Translations under genes and position numbers: made by a program | Notes under the pieces: generated by a model | What the model was told of the DNA's origin: nothing | Databases searched by the model: none | The model's input: only the letters and a program-made list of their open reading frames with translations | Part shown: positions 23,400 to 37,999 of the stretch, piece by piece | Layout of the letters: every line of letters begins with the position of its first letter | Numbering within the stretch: the stretch's first letter is position 1 | Origin: Eledone cirrhosa | Taxonomy: Eukaryota | Assembly (NCBI GenBank): GCA_964016885.1 | Contig: OZ024743.1 | Span: 287,556,001-287,620,000 of the forward strand | Direction: 5' to 3' | DNA length: 64,000 bases

Positions 23400-25142
23400 A
23401 ACAGGCTGGCTGGCTGTCGGGATGGTTGGCTGGATTTGGGTTGGCTATCTGGCTGACTGGTTGACTGGCTGACTGGCTGCTGGCTGACTGGCTGGCTGAC
23501 TGACTGGCTGACTGACTGGCTGACTGACTGGCTGACTGACTGGCTGACTGACTGGCTGGCTGGCTGAGTGGTTGACTGGCTGACTGGCTGCTGGCTGACT
23601 GGCTGGCTGACTGACTGGCTGACTGACTGGCTGACTGACTGGCTGACTGACTGGCTGACTGACTGGCTGGCTGGCTGGCTGACTGGTTGACTGGCTGACT
23701 GGCTGCTGGCTGACTGGCTGGCTGACTGACTGGTTGAGTGGCTGTCTGGCTAGCTGTCTGGATGGCTGGCTGATTGGTTGGCTGTCTGACTGGCTGACTG
23801 GCTGACTGATTGGCTGTCCGACTGGCTGGCTGCCTGACTGGCTGACTTGCTGACTGGCTGTCTGACTGGCTGACTGACTGGCTGTCTGACTGGCTGTCCG
23901 ACTGGCTGATTGACTGGCTGACTGACTGGCTGACTGACTGGCTGACTGACTGGCTGACTAGCTGGCTGACTGACTGGTTGGCTGTCTGGCTGACTAGCTG
24001 ACTTGCTGACTGGCTGGCTGACTGGCTGACTGACTGGCTGTCTGACTGGCTATCCGACTGGCTGATTGACTGGCTGACTGACTGGCTGACTGACTGGCTG
24101 ACTGACTGGCTGACTGACTGGCTGTCTGACTGGCTGTCCGACTGGCTGATTGACTGGCTGACTGACTGGCTGACTGACTGGCTGACTGACTGGCTGACTA
24201 GCTGGCTGACTGACTGGTTGGCTGTCTGGCTGACTAGCTGACTTGCTGACTGGCTGGCTGACTGGCTGACTGACTGGCTGTCTGACTGGCTATCCGACTG
24301 GCTGATTGACTGGCTGACTGACTGGCTGACTGACTGGCTGACTGACTGGCTGACTGACTGGCTGACTGACTGGTTGGCTGTCTGGCTGACTGACTGGCTG
24401 ACTAGCTGGCTGACTGACTGGCTGACTGACTGGCTGACTAGCTGGCTGACTGACTGGCTGACTGACTGGCTGACTGACTGGCTGACTAGCTGGCTGACTG
24501 ACTGGCTGACTGACTGGCTGACTGACTGGCTGACTAGCTGGCTGACTGACTGGCTGACTGACTGGCTGACTGACTGGCTGACTGACTGGCTGACTGACTG
24601 GCTGACTAGCTGGCTGACTGACTGGCTGACTGACTGGCTGACTGACTGGCTGACTGACTGGCTGACTGACTGGCACACTGACTGGCTGACTGACTGGCTG
24701 ACTGACTGGCTGACTGACTGGCTGACTGACTGGCTGACTGACTGGCTGACTGACTGGCTGACTGACTGGCTGACTAGCTGGCTGACTGACTGGCTGACTG
24801 ACTGCCTACTGACTGGCTGATTGACTGGCTGATTGACTGGCTGGCTGACTGGCTGACGAGCTGGCTGACTGACTGGCTGTCCGACTGGCTGATTGACTGG
24901 CTGGCTGACTGACTGGCTGACTGACTGGCTGACTAGCTGGCTGACTGACTGGCTGTCTGACTGGCTGACTGGCAAGCTGTTCGACTGGCTGATTGACTGG
25001 CTGACTGACTGGCTGACTAGCTGGCTGACTGACTGGCTGACTGACTGGCTGACTGACTGGCTGACTGACTGGCTGACTGACTGGCTGACTGACTGGCTGA
25101 CTGACTGGCTGACTGACTGGCTGACTGACTGGCTGACTCGCT
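23400..25142. repeat. (GACTGACTGGCT)n 4/12-mer tandem array with a 240-bp higher-order duplication
   Basis: 23881-24100 recurs at 24121-24340. Confidence 0.95.
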
Positions 25143-25167
25143 GGTTTATCCTGCCGAGTAATATCAT

Positions 25168-25243
25168 ACACACACATACATACATACATACATACATACA
25201 TACATACATACATACATACATACATACATACATACATACATAC
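25168..25243. repeat. (CATA)n microsatellite
   Basis: Seen directly. Confidence 0.95.
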
Positions 25244-26621
25244 GTTCGCACGTAAGTTCATATAAACGTGCATTTAGGAATATATACACATAAACATGTC
25301 ATTGAATACAGTCACTTTTATCGTATAAGGAATACTCTTCTTTACAACTTTCGTCATTAATACAAGCCCGATAAAAAAAAATGGTTATTTTTTTTATAAA
25401 TGAAAAAAGCGTTTATTTTTCTTTAGAGAAGATCGTAGGAATAATTAAACAGTAATATAACATATGGGAAATTACTAATACATAAACCATGGCAAAACAG
25501 GAACCAGAAATACATTTCAGTGGACTTCTGAACTGAATCAAGATTTAAAGAAAGGATAAGGAAACTGTAAGTAAAGAATGCAAAAAATCTCGATGTAGTC
25601 AAACTTCACTAGTGTAACTGTGCCAACAAGCCATATTTGTTGAAAAGAAATGTCCTGTCTTACAAAGCAAAATCAATCATTCACACACAAAAAAGTTCAG
25701 CAAATAAACACATCAACAGCCCAGTAGACCTATATGAAGAAAATTGTGAAAAAAAAAATGTAACACGACTAAAGCAGACATACGGTAGTTGCTTATGAAC
25801 GAACGTATGAAAACGATTGAATTATGCAATCAACTCAAAGTATATCTTACATTGAGGGTTAAGCCAAACTTTACTGATTACATACAGAAGGCACTATATG
25901 GATAAACGATTCCTTCATGAGTCGATAAGAAAAAATCCCTACCGACTTGAGGTTCTCTGTGAGTTTTGGACATAGACTGTCTTACCATTTGCCAACAGAT
26001 GGGAGTAATTGAGATCAATTGTAACTAAACCACATAACTACCTGTCGTCCGGCACCACGAGGCGGACAACATATTAGTGTAGGAGTAGGGTGGCAGTCTT
26101 CAGGCACTGATGTTGTCTATAGGAAACCAATTTTCTTTTATGGGAGGCGGGTTGCCTATCATTTCTAGCATTATGTATTTGTAATTCTGTGAAACATTAC
26201 CTTATATTAAATTCTAATAATCGAAAATTAAGGTTTGTACTCATCAGTCCGTATGTGTATGACGGTCTATGTACCAGCCTTTCAGTTTGTCTAACATGAA
26301 TCGCCTGATTTCAAAGAGAAATTGATGAACTGAATAATGAAATCACATCCAACTATAAAATAGACTATCCTAATTTTATGGAAACTGCCGGAGATTTACA
26401 CTTACGAGTAATCTGGTTGTCCTTAAATATCAACTACGAGCGGTAACTGAAACGCTACGTTATCTTAAGAAATTACAGCATAGTAGGACCTTCAGCCTTA
26501 TGTTTTCATGAAACTCACAAGCCGTGTATTGCAGCATGAAATACCATAACACCATCAAGGTTGTAAGTGCTCTTTCCAAGAATAACTTGGAATCATTATA
26601 TGGCGGTGGATTGGCAGTATC

Positions 26622-26860
26622 ATTAGGGCATGGGACAGCATGCTTCGTGTTATAAAGTTACGGCCATTTACGTTCTGAATTCAAATCTCACAGAGGTTAG
26701 CTTTGCCTTTCATCCTCATGATAAAATAAAGTATCAGTAACGCACTGAGATCGATTTATGAGTTAGGCCAATCAACGATCTTATTTGCGTGCATTCATAT
26801 TTTTTATTAACACAAAATTAAGGCCAGTTATTATTGCCTATACATCATTTCTAAAATTAC
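26622..26860 (+). mobile_element. CORE-type SINE
   Basis: ggcggtggattggcagtatc head, ctgaattcaaatc, ctttgcctttcatcc. Confidence 0.8.
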
Positions 26861-26869
26861 GTACAGCTT

Positions 26870-27300
26870 CGAAATAACAACCAACTCGTAACTGTCGAAA
26901 TCCACCTGTTTGTCCACTCAAGGGATTGTCTTTCCAAACGAATTGTATATCGAGCATCATAATATTACTGGACAGTATCGAAAAGAAATACATGGGACTT
27001 ACCGCTAACTGTTTCAAGAGTAGTTATGAGCCTCTTCACACATTTAGTTCAGGAATAAGAAAATCTTTACTTCTTCATCACAATTTATCGGGAAGTTCAG
27101 ATACCAAGGACATGAAAACCCTATAATAACGCGGAACATTGTCGATACATCTACTTCCTATTCCATCAGATCACAAAACTGCAGGTATTGTCTAACTGAG
27201 AGGTTACAGACATTGATGTAACAAATAACATTTCAAAATCAGAGGTCCGATGTATTATCTGCTGTCATTGGGGTAGATTCTCACCTGGTATTTTCCAGAT
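26870..27300 (+). pseudogene. Penelope-like element GIY-YIG endonuclease relic
   Basis: Frameshifted translation NCRNPPVCPLKG..CLSKRIVYRA..KYMGLTANCFKSSY..NCRYCLTERL..NQRSD..CH resembles the PLE GIY-YIG C-terminus. Confidence 0.75.
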
Positions 27301-27703
27301 GTCTGATAATTCCAGACAAATCAGCTTAAATTAGCAGACATAGGATTAGACGACTTCAGTTTAGAATGGACAGCCTCCGATGAATCTCAATAGTCCAGTC
27401 ACATTTTGGCATGCAACTTCACTCATCTTGGCCAATCAGAATCTACCAAATAGTGATCTACAGAAATACTATCAATCACTATCATTCATAACTTATTGTT
27501 TAATTGACCACACATTTCAATTACGCGCATAAAACACTGGACTGAACCACTAGCTGTTAATTCAGACATACAAGCACTACATCTTGTATTGAGTGTTCTT
27601 TCCTTTCGTTTGTACTTGTAAATGTGTGTGTATGCGTTATACATACACACACACAAGCGCACACATATATATATATATATTTATGTATGTATATATACAC
27701 GTG

Positions 27704-27777
<74 letters not shown>

Positions 27778-27789
27778 CATACATATACA

Positions 27790-27927
27790 TATCAAAGGCA
27801 TGTATTGAGTTAGAAACTCAAAATGGTCTCTTAGAATAAATTAGCTCTAGGAAAGAGGTTTTTCCGAGCCGTATAATATAACTGAACAAAAAAGAAAAAC
27901 GAACACAGACATATACATATATGTGTT
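27790..27927. repeat. Dispersed ~135-bp repeat adjoining (TA)n (copy 1)
   Basis: Near-identical to 60235-60371. Confidence 0.85.
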
Positions 27928-28055
27928 CAAATCGTAAGGGACAAAATTCGCTAAGGTGAAAAAAATACTAACTACAGACAATAGGGTTTGCCAGACTCAA
28001 TTTAAGAATAAATCAAGAAAAATAAATACAAACCAGAATTGTGGTAACTACCGAA

Positions 28056-28135
28056 CACCCGGACAGTTTTGATAGAACTGTTTCGCAATATTAATTGTGA
28101 AGAGGAATACCAAAATTCTAGCTCATCAGCGGGTG
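28056..28135 (-). ncRNA. Type I hammerhead ribozyme with full stems I and III
   Basis: CACCCG-CTGATGA-GC(N34)GC-GAAA-CAGTT(ctatcaa)AACTG-TC-CGGGTG; GUC cleavage triplet. Confidence 0.85.
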
Positions 28136-28303
28136 AAGAATTATTAGTATCCTGGTCACTTCTAAGTATATTAAAAAACTGGATAGTGTGTGTATATATA
28201 ACGCATATGGTTCCAGAACTTAGCGTGTCTCGCACACTCACGCCACTAAAAATAGCAGCCGAGTTTACTCGACATTTGAATTAGCTCGACGAATTAACGG
28301 AGC

Positions 28304-28384
<81 letters not shown>

Positions 28385-28386
<2 letters not shown>

Positions 28387-28736
28387 TTAGTATATGTTGG
28401 TTGTATACTAACACCCCAGTATGCAGATTGGAGCACTCGACGAAGTGCGCAGGTTGGCTTGGTTACTCCGGAGTAATGTAAAATAAAATAAAATAAATAA
28501 GTCAAATGTTTAAAATTTAGCTTCGCTTATTACTGCTATATATATTTCGGTGAAGCCATCTTTGGCTGTGACCTCTTCAGGCAGTCCGAATTAGTATGGT
28601 ATAGACGAGTACACATGTTGTTGAGGTGTTTAACTGTCAATACTCTGATATGCCCAGTTCCTGGTTGGGTTGTTATTTCACTGAGGAACTGGAATCATAT
28701 GATTCCAGTTCATATGATTCCAGTTCCTCAGTGAAT
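28385..28736 (-). mobile_element. PLE pseudo-LTR relic with terminal fold-back
   Basis: Reverse complement of 48883-49205. 28677-28735 forms the inverted repeat ttcactgaggaactggaatcatatg...catatgattccagttcctcagtgaa. Confidence 0.75.
28532..28585 (-). ncRNA. Type I hammerhead ribozyme (same family as 48065 and 49003)
   Basis: ACTGC-CTGAAGA-GGTCACAGCC aaagat GGCTTCACC-GAAA-TATATA-TA-GCAGT. Confidence 0.85.
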
Positions 28737-28757
28737 ATATATAGAATATATATATAG

Positions 28758-28805
<48 letters not shown>

Positions 28806-28812
<7 letters not shown>

Positions 28813-29189
28813 ATACTTTGGGAGGGTCATGTGGCGCATGCGCAGACTGAGCACACAACACACACACAGAAACAAAATGGCGTAGGACAGAACAAAGGAG
28901 AGGCACAGAAACAAAGAAAGGAATCCCCAGTCACTGAAGAGGTCACAGAGTGTGTGACGAAAGAACTATGACTATATATAAACAAATATCTGGTTGTGGA
29001 ACCAACCAACCAACCAGAAATTTATAAATTTATAAATTTATAAATTTATAAATATATAATAAATTGAAGTGAAAGCAACTGGTGCGTGTGTTTCTTATTG
29101 GCAACATGACCCTCCCAAAGTATAACAATATCGGTTTCAACACACGATTTCAGATAAAGAATCTTGCTAAACAAATTCAGAAACGATAT

Positions 29190-29190
<1 letters not shown>
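28806..29190. mobile_element. Short element with a 27-bp inverted repeat enclosing a hammerhead
   Basis: 28806-28832 is the reverse complement of 29104-29130; a collapsed relative lies at 58758-58822; flanked by (TA)n. Confidence 0.7.
28929..28973 (+). ncRNA. Minimal type I hammerhead ribozyme
   Basis: AGTCA-CTGAAGA-gGTCACA gagtg TGTGAC-GAAA-GAAC-TA-TGACT. Confidence 0.7.
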
Positions 29191-31560
<2,370 letters not shown>

Positions 31561-31944
31561 TATGCACATACATATATTTTCATATACACACGTATTTATA
31601 TATTAGTCACAGTACACCACCATTTCCAGCTACCTTCTGGGGCACATAAAAATGTAATAGGTTTGGCAGAGTGTGGAAGGGCATTTTGTTAAGAACATCT
31701 TATCAAGCTGTAAACATCTCTTGCTGTGTCTTCTAATAGATTCTTTCATATAGCTAAGTTTTTTCTTCATCTTGCATGCTCCGATGAATGCTCTGTGATT
31801 GCTTAATACCTCTCTAGTGCAAGAGAGACTTCTTGGGTAGTGTTAAATTTTAAGAGTGAGTGTATATAGGACAGTAGAATTTGGTCTATTGCTTACTCGA
31901 ATATACTCATGACCAGCCTTTCCGATCTCTTCTACGGAACAGGA

Positions 31945-32110
31945 CTCACGTGGTTTTGTACTTAGGATGCTAGACACCCGATCATAAGGTTTTGGGTTCG
32001 ACTCAACATTCGGGCAGTGTCCTTCAGCAAGATACGTCACTTTACATTGCTTCTGTTATCGCAGCTGAACATGATATCATCAACACCAGCAGGTGAGGGC
32101 CAGTCGTGTA
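31945..32110 (+). mobile_element. Decayed tRNA-derived SINE
   Basis: B-box-like gggttcgactc followed by gtgtccttcagcaagatac..., resembling 36103-36383. Confidence 0.45.
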
Positions 32111-32819
32111 GCTTGGAATTTGGATCTCTCAGTCATATACACACCATGAAACCGGGATTAACTCCGATTTTGGACCAACACGGGCATAAAAACGACGACT
32201 CTGAAAAATAAACTAGTAGCAGTAACCGGCATTGCCTGGTTTATTAATACCTAAAATAAATACAATCACATGAATTACCTATATGTTTGAGATACTACTT
32301 TAAAAAGACCCTGACAAACTTCAGTTGGTATGGGAATGTTGGTTTAATTGGAATTGTTACATTAAAACAATCCAGAAGATAGCTCAAATCAAGCTTTATA
32401 AAAATGCACAAAAACAACGACAAAAACAAAACGAAAAACAACTCCCTATCCTAAAAGTCGCATAGCATATGGCTTTCTTGAAAAGATAAGTACGTATAGA
32501 AAGTTTCAGCGACCTAGGTGTCAAACTTAGAACATATATACATTCATATATATACAAATATATATGCATACACTCTTGCATCTTTCCATACATATATCCA
32601 TCCATCCATCTATTTATCCATACATATATACACACTAAGAAGGTTGAACATTGACACTGGAGTCGAAAAACGCAGATCATAGAAAAGATGAACTCCACTA
32701 AAAGCCCGACATGGAGTTCCGACAAGTTCATAACACCCCTCCTTTGAAGGATAGCTTCCTGCAATATAAGAACAAGAAATTCCACCAAATACCCACCGCA
32801 TAAAGAGGAAAATCATCAT

Positions 32820-33452
32820 GTGACAAAATTTACTAATAGTGAAAGAATGTCCTCTCGTTACTACTTTCCTATGAGACATGATGTGGTAGCCAGATCAATC
32901 AGAAATGAAATACGGAAGACGAAAGTAAGAATAAATAGGGATGAACAGATTGAGCCTGGTAGCTTAAAAGAATATAGGTGGAACCTAAAAATAAAAGCTG
33001 CCATTAAATTTAAACACAACCGGTCTGATATTGTTGTTTGGGGCCACAGATTGAAAATATTCTCTGCCGTAGAAGTCATCTGCCTACTCAATGAAAAGGT
33101 TATGAATATACAATAGAATAACGATATCTACGGACCTTTGATAAGCAGTTTGCTGACTCAGTACACAAAATATACGTCCAGTTTCATACCTTCATTGGAA
33201 CTACGGTATATATACCAACCCACCTGGACCAAATTGTGATCGAACTTGGATTCTCGGAGAAAGAACACAGCTCTTTAATTCACATGCTACAAATGGCATT
33301 TGGACCTTCAAAATCTGTAAAACGTTTTTAAGATACAAAAGATGAATGATTGTACAAGGGACGACAGAAATTTCCTTTTCTTTACAACTTTGCTCCTGTG
33401 AAGATGGCCGGTCAAAATAAACTGATAATTAAGAAAAAGAGAACCTCCCCCC
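32820..33452 (+). mobile_element. 3' fragment of an RLE-type (R4/Dong-like) retrotransposon
   Basis: MSSRYYFPMRHDVVAR...HNRSDIVVW...VEV. Same family as 62184-62921; followed by atacatacatac. Confidence 0.85.
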
Positions 33453-33763
33453 AATACATACATACTTAGACACCCAGTGCGAGCTTTCATGTGGTTGGTT
33501 TAGAAGACTATGAATTGAATTTATGATGAATAACATCTCTAATATTAATGCCACCGCTATCGACCTTGTTAAACAACTGTTTAGATTTCTGGTGCTTTTC
33601 ATTGAATTCACTTGAATTCACTTGAATTCACCATTCAGAGATTTACTACAAACAACATGGTTGGATATGAAAACAACAACAACAATAACAACATTGTAGG
33701 GAAATAAAAGTAAAACAGCATCGAAAAAGACAAACACAATCTTATTACTTGTAGTAATAGAAG

Positions 33764-34158
33764 GGCGGTGGATTGGCGGTATCGGTAGATCGTCGGACAC
33801 CATGCTTCGCGGCATATAGTTACAGCCCTTTACGTTCTGAGTTCAATTCCTGCCGAGGTTAGCTTTGTCTTTCATCCTTACGAGCCCGATAAAATAAAAT
33901 ACCAATAACGGACTGGGGTAGATTTAATCGACTTTCCCCTCCTCCCTAAGTGCTGACCTTGTTCCTAAATCAGAAACGATTGGCAGTATCGGTAGAGGGT
34001 TGGACGCCATGCTTTCTAGCATAGCTACGTCCCTTTACAGTCTGAGTTCAAATACCGCCGAGGTTAACTTTGCCTTTCATCCATACGGGGTCGATAAAAT
34101 AAAGTACCAGTAATGAACTGGGTAATTGCTGGCCTTGTGCCTAAAGTAGAAACACTTA
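33764..34158 (+). mobile_element. Two tandem CORE-type SINEs (33764-33979, 33980-34158)
   Basis: Head, B-box ctgagttcaa, CORE and tail each appear twice. Confidence 0.88.
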
Positions 34159-34287
34159 TTTGTAGTAATAGAAGAAACAGAAATAATAAAAAATATTTTT
34201 CTTGAGCGTATGAACTCAATAATGACTTATTTAATTTCTATAAAATGACAAAAGCTCCTTCTGTTGGCTATATGAATAACATGAATA

Positions 34288-34489
34288 TACGAGGGTCGAT
34301 TGAAACGTTCATAGGCTGACTATGAAGGAGTGATGCTAGAGCTATGAAATCTTGCATGCATTAATTTCAAATCTTCTTATTAACAATTGCATTGTTTCTT
34401 TCCAGGGACTATGTTGAAAAATAAACCTCGTTTGGTCATTCCATGAGAGAATCTTGGCCAGCCTATGAACTTTTCAGCCAACCCTCGTA
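34288..34489. mobile_element. Tc1/mariner-type MITE
   Basis: TA-CGAGGGTcgatTGAAAcGTTCATAGGCTG ... CAGCCTATGAACtTTTCAgccaACCCTCG-TA: ~30-bp imperfect TIRs with TA TSD. Confidence 0.85.
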
Positions 34490-35146
34490 TACTGGAGCAA
34501 ACTTACTCCGGAACTAAATTGTTTTACAGCAAATGTATTGTGCCAACATAAAGTATTGGTTGAGCGCAAGAGGAAGAAAGTTGATGACCGTAATTGTATT
34601 CGCCTAAATATAAACAATTGGAATGAGATACTAAAAAAAAAAAAAAATAATAAATAAATAAAGGCAAAACAATTAAAAGGTACCATCATGGATTTGGGAA
34701 AAAGTAAAAGATCTCTGATTTATGAAAGACTCACAGTTTTGTGATGATGCTAATCACGTATAAACAGAAAAATTACAGTTATTACTACTATTAGTATCAA
34801 TAGTAGTAATAGTAGTAGTATGAGTAATAACAGTAGTAATAGTAGTAATAACAGTAGTAATAACAGTTTCGACAAAATGTGAAAAATAAAAACAGACAAT
34901 GTTTGGAGGTAGCAGGAAGAGAACATTTGAGTTTAAATTAATTACCATAAAAATAGAGTTAAAAGCTGTTAATGAAACCTCCGGTATCAGGAGAAATTTG
35001 TTGAACACATCATATAAATTTCAACTGAAATCAATCAACAATTTACAACCAGTAAAGGTTTTTTTCCTCAGAAAGATACGGATTTATTCTGGAGAAAAAT
35101 CTTGAACGAGAAAAAGAAGTTTAACCAGATATTAGTACTAATAATT

Positions 35147-35268
35147 AGCTTTGCCTTTCATCCTTACGGGATCGATAAAATAAAGTACCCATAATGCACT
35201 GGGGTCGATCTTGTCGACTTTCTCCTTCCCCAAATTGTTGGCCTAGTGCCTAAATAAGAAACCAATAT
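35147..35268 (+). mobile_element. 5'-truncated CORE-type SINE
   Basis: ctttgcctttcatccttacgggatcgataaaataaagtacc through the tail. Confidence 0.8.
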
Positions 35269-35355
35269 TAGTACTAATAGTAGTGGTTGTAGTATCTGCG
35301 TCAGACCTAGTAGTTATAGTTGCATGTGGAGGTAGCATTAATAAGAGTAGTAGTA

Positions 35356-35398
<43 letters not shown>

Positions 35399-35787
35399 CA
35401 GCAGCAGCAGCAATATAAAAATTGCAAATCCATCTTAATGTTGATGATAAGAAAATGTAAATGCGCGCGGGGAGAAAAACACGTTCATTTTCTAGTCTCA
35501 ACATCTCGAGAGAGGAAATAAAAAATGATGTAAGTAAACATTTGTTGTATAAATGACATTGCGTATAAAGTCTTAGCGAGTCTAGGGAAATATCGGCAAT
35601 GACTTCAAAGGAATCTCTTTTGGTGATTAGTTCCGTAATTTTATGATGTTTCACGCCTCTGTTGAGAGTGGGGTTTGTTTCGTCGTGTTTGTACCAAATG
35701 TAGTTATGAATTTTTATTGTACAGATAACATCAAAATAGAATAACATTTCTTGATTGCTACAAAAAAAAAAAAAGAAAAAAAGAAAT

Positions 35788-35992
35788 GGTTTCTAATTTA
35801 GGCATAAAAAGTAAGAATTTTTTGAGGATGGAGGAGGTCGATTATTCCAACCTCAGTACTTTACTGGTAATTTATTTTATCTGTATCGGAAGAATGGTAA
35901 AGTTGACCTCGGCGGGATTTGAACGCAGAATATAAGTAGCCAGAACAGATATCGCAATCCATTTTCTCCGACGTTCTAACGAATCTGCCAGC
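35788..35992 (-). mobile_element. CORE-type SINE
   Basis: Reverse complement shows ctggcagattcgttag and gttcaaatcccgccgaggtcaac. Confidence 0.8.
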
Positions 35993-36022
35993 CTAAAGCC
36001 TTAGAAATATAAAAGTAAAAAT

Positions 36023-36470
36023 AATTGTTTCCATTTTTGGCGCAAGGCCGGCAATTTGAAGGGAAGGGGAAAGTCGATTAAATTGACCCCCAGTACGTTA
36101 CTTGGCCTTGTGGTAAGGGTGCTGTACTTATGATCGTGATGTCGTGGGTTCGATTTCTGGGCTGGGTTGCGTGTTGTGTTCTTGAGCAAAACACTTCATT
36201 TCCCGTTGCTCCAGTATAGTCAGCTGAAAATGAGTCCCAGCTATAGCTGTGGCTTTAACCCTGCGATGGACTGGCGTCATGTCCAGTGGGAAGTCTTGTA
36301 CTCTCAGTCACTTCACGTCATGAAACCGGGATAAGCACCGGCTGAACGTGCTGGCTTGCAGTACACAAGGACATGCATACATTCAGTTCGTTACTGGTAC
36401 TATATTTCATCGACCCTGTAAGAATGAAAGGCAAAGTTGACATCGGTGTGATTTTAACTCAGAACGTAGC
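36023..36470 (-). mobile_element. CORE-type SINE split by a nested SINE
   Basis: Halves at 36023-36102 and 36384-36470. Confidence 0.8.
36103..36383 (+). mobile_element. tRNA-derived V-domain-like SINE with a 12-bp TSD
   Basis: A box tggccttgtggt, B box gggttcgatttc, V-like ccctgcgatggactggcgtc..tccag, gaaaccgggataag; TSD cagtacgttact / cagttcgttact. Confidence 0.8.
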
Positions 36471-36481
36471 CTGAACAGTTA

Positions 36482-36672
36482 ATAGTTTCTAAATTAGGCA
36501 CAAAACCAGAAAGTTTAGGCTAAGGGGAACGATCGATTAAGACTGATTACTCTAATTTCTCGACTTCAGAAGGATTGAAGACAACGTTGACTGTGATAGG
36601 ATTTGAACTTAGAATGTAAAGGGTAGGAAGAAATACACCAAAGTATTTTGTCCGACGCTCTAACAATTCTGT
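36482..36672 (-). mobile_element. Decayed CORE-type SINE
   Basis: tttctaaattaggcaca tail; ttgtccgacgctctaacaattctgtca head (reverse). Confidence 0.7.
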
Positions 36673-36722
36673 CAAACGATCGTCCTAAAACGACGAGGCA
36701 TTTGAATATGATGAGAACCTCT

Positions 36723-36754
<32 letters not shown>

Positions 36755-36767
36755 CACTGCACACACA

Positions 36768-36913
<146 letters not shown>

Positions 36914-36933
36914 TACACATACGCACTCACATT

Positions 36934-36973
<40 letters not shown>

Positions 36974-37999
36974 CTCTTCAACAGGCTGGCTGTTCACTGG
37001 AAACACCAAAATAGCGTGTCGGTAAAAATATTTACAACGGACGTAGTAACCAAATTTTTGTCACATCTTAGCAACTTTCTACATATTTTCACAGACAGGC
37101 GAGTCAGGATCACATAACGGGTGCATGTAGGGCAGTTTTGTCTGCCCAACAGTATTTCGAATATACACTATTATTCTTACTGTTATGCCCGAACAACTTG
37201 TCATGAACTGATAATGTTCCTTGGTAGCATTTCAAGGTCAAGAAATATTTTTTAGAAATCATCCACAATGTTGGACTTTAAAATTCCCTGGAAAAGCTTG
37301 CATGATGTCTCATTAATGATTTCTACTATAGGCACAAGGCCATCGGCGATTAATTCCCCTCCCTATCAATCTTTTGTAGCAGTGTTCTCAATGCGAGTTC
37401 AGCGAGATAAGGTGTATTTTTTTTCATGCCAATACATTCTTTCTTTGAAATTCTGTTTATGTCTAGTAATGTTTTATTAACATTATGGTGGTGGGGATTA
37501 TTTGTAACGTATATGTAGCGGTTTCACGATTTTTGGAAAATCGTTAAATTTAGTGTGACAAAAAAGTCTGGGAACTCTTGCTTCGTAGAATGTAAGGACG
37601 TTTGTACGAGGACACACTTTTTAAAGAAAGTTTTAATCGATTATATTTATTCCAGTACTTGACTGGTACTTATTTCACTAACCTTGGAATGATGAAAAGC
37701 AAAATCATCTCTAGACAGATTTTGATACTATAAATAGTACTGACCACGCAATTGAAGTAACAAATGTAATATAAAAGGGATGCAGATTTGATAAATCATT
37801 AGAGAATAGAACTGTCAACACATTGAAGCAAGAAGATATTTATTTAACAAAAGAGTGCTAAAGAAAATACCACGCTGGAAAGTCCAGCATCCAATTGGAG
37901 TTCACGTTTCTGGCTTATACACTTCACGAGTATGTATTTACAGTTGATAAGATACCTCACCCAGTGATAGAGACAAAGTGTATCATCATGCAGTCAAAA

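Noticed and set aside
23398-25251. 617-aa SQSV-repeat protein
   Set aside because: Translation of a simple tandem repeat; the start lies in a microsatellite.
25986-26560. Minus-strand exons ending at GTAAG donors (~25985, ~26406)
   Set aside because: No sustained open frame or recognisable product.
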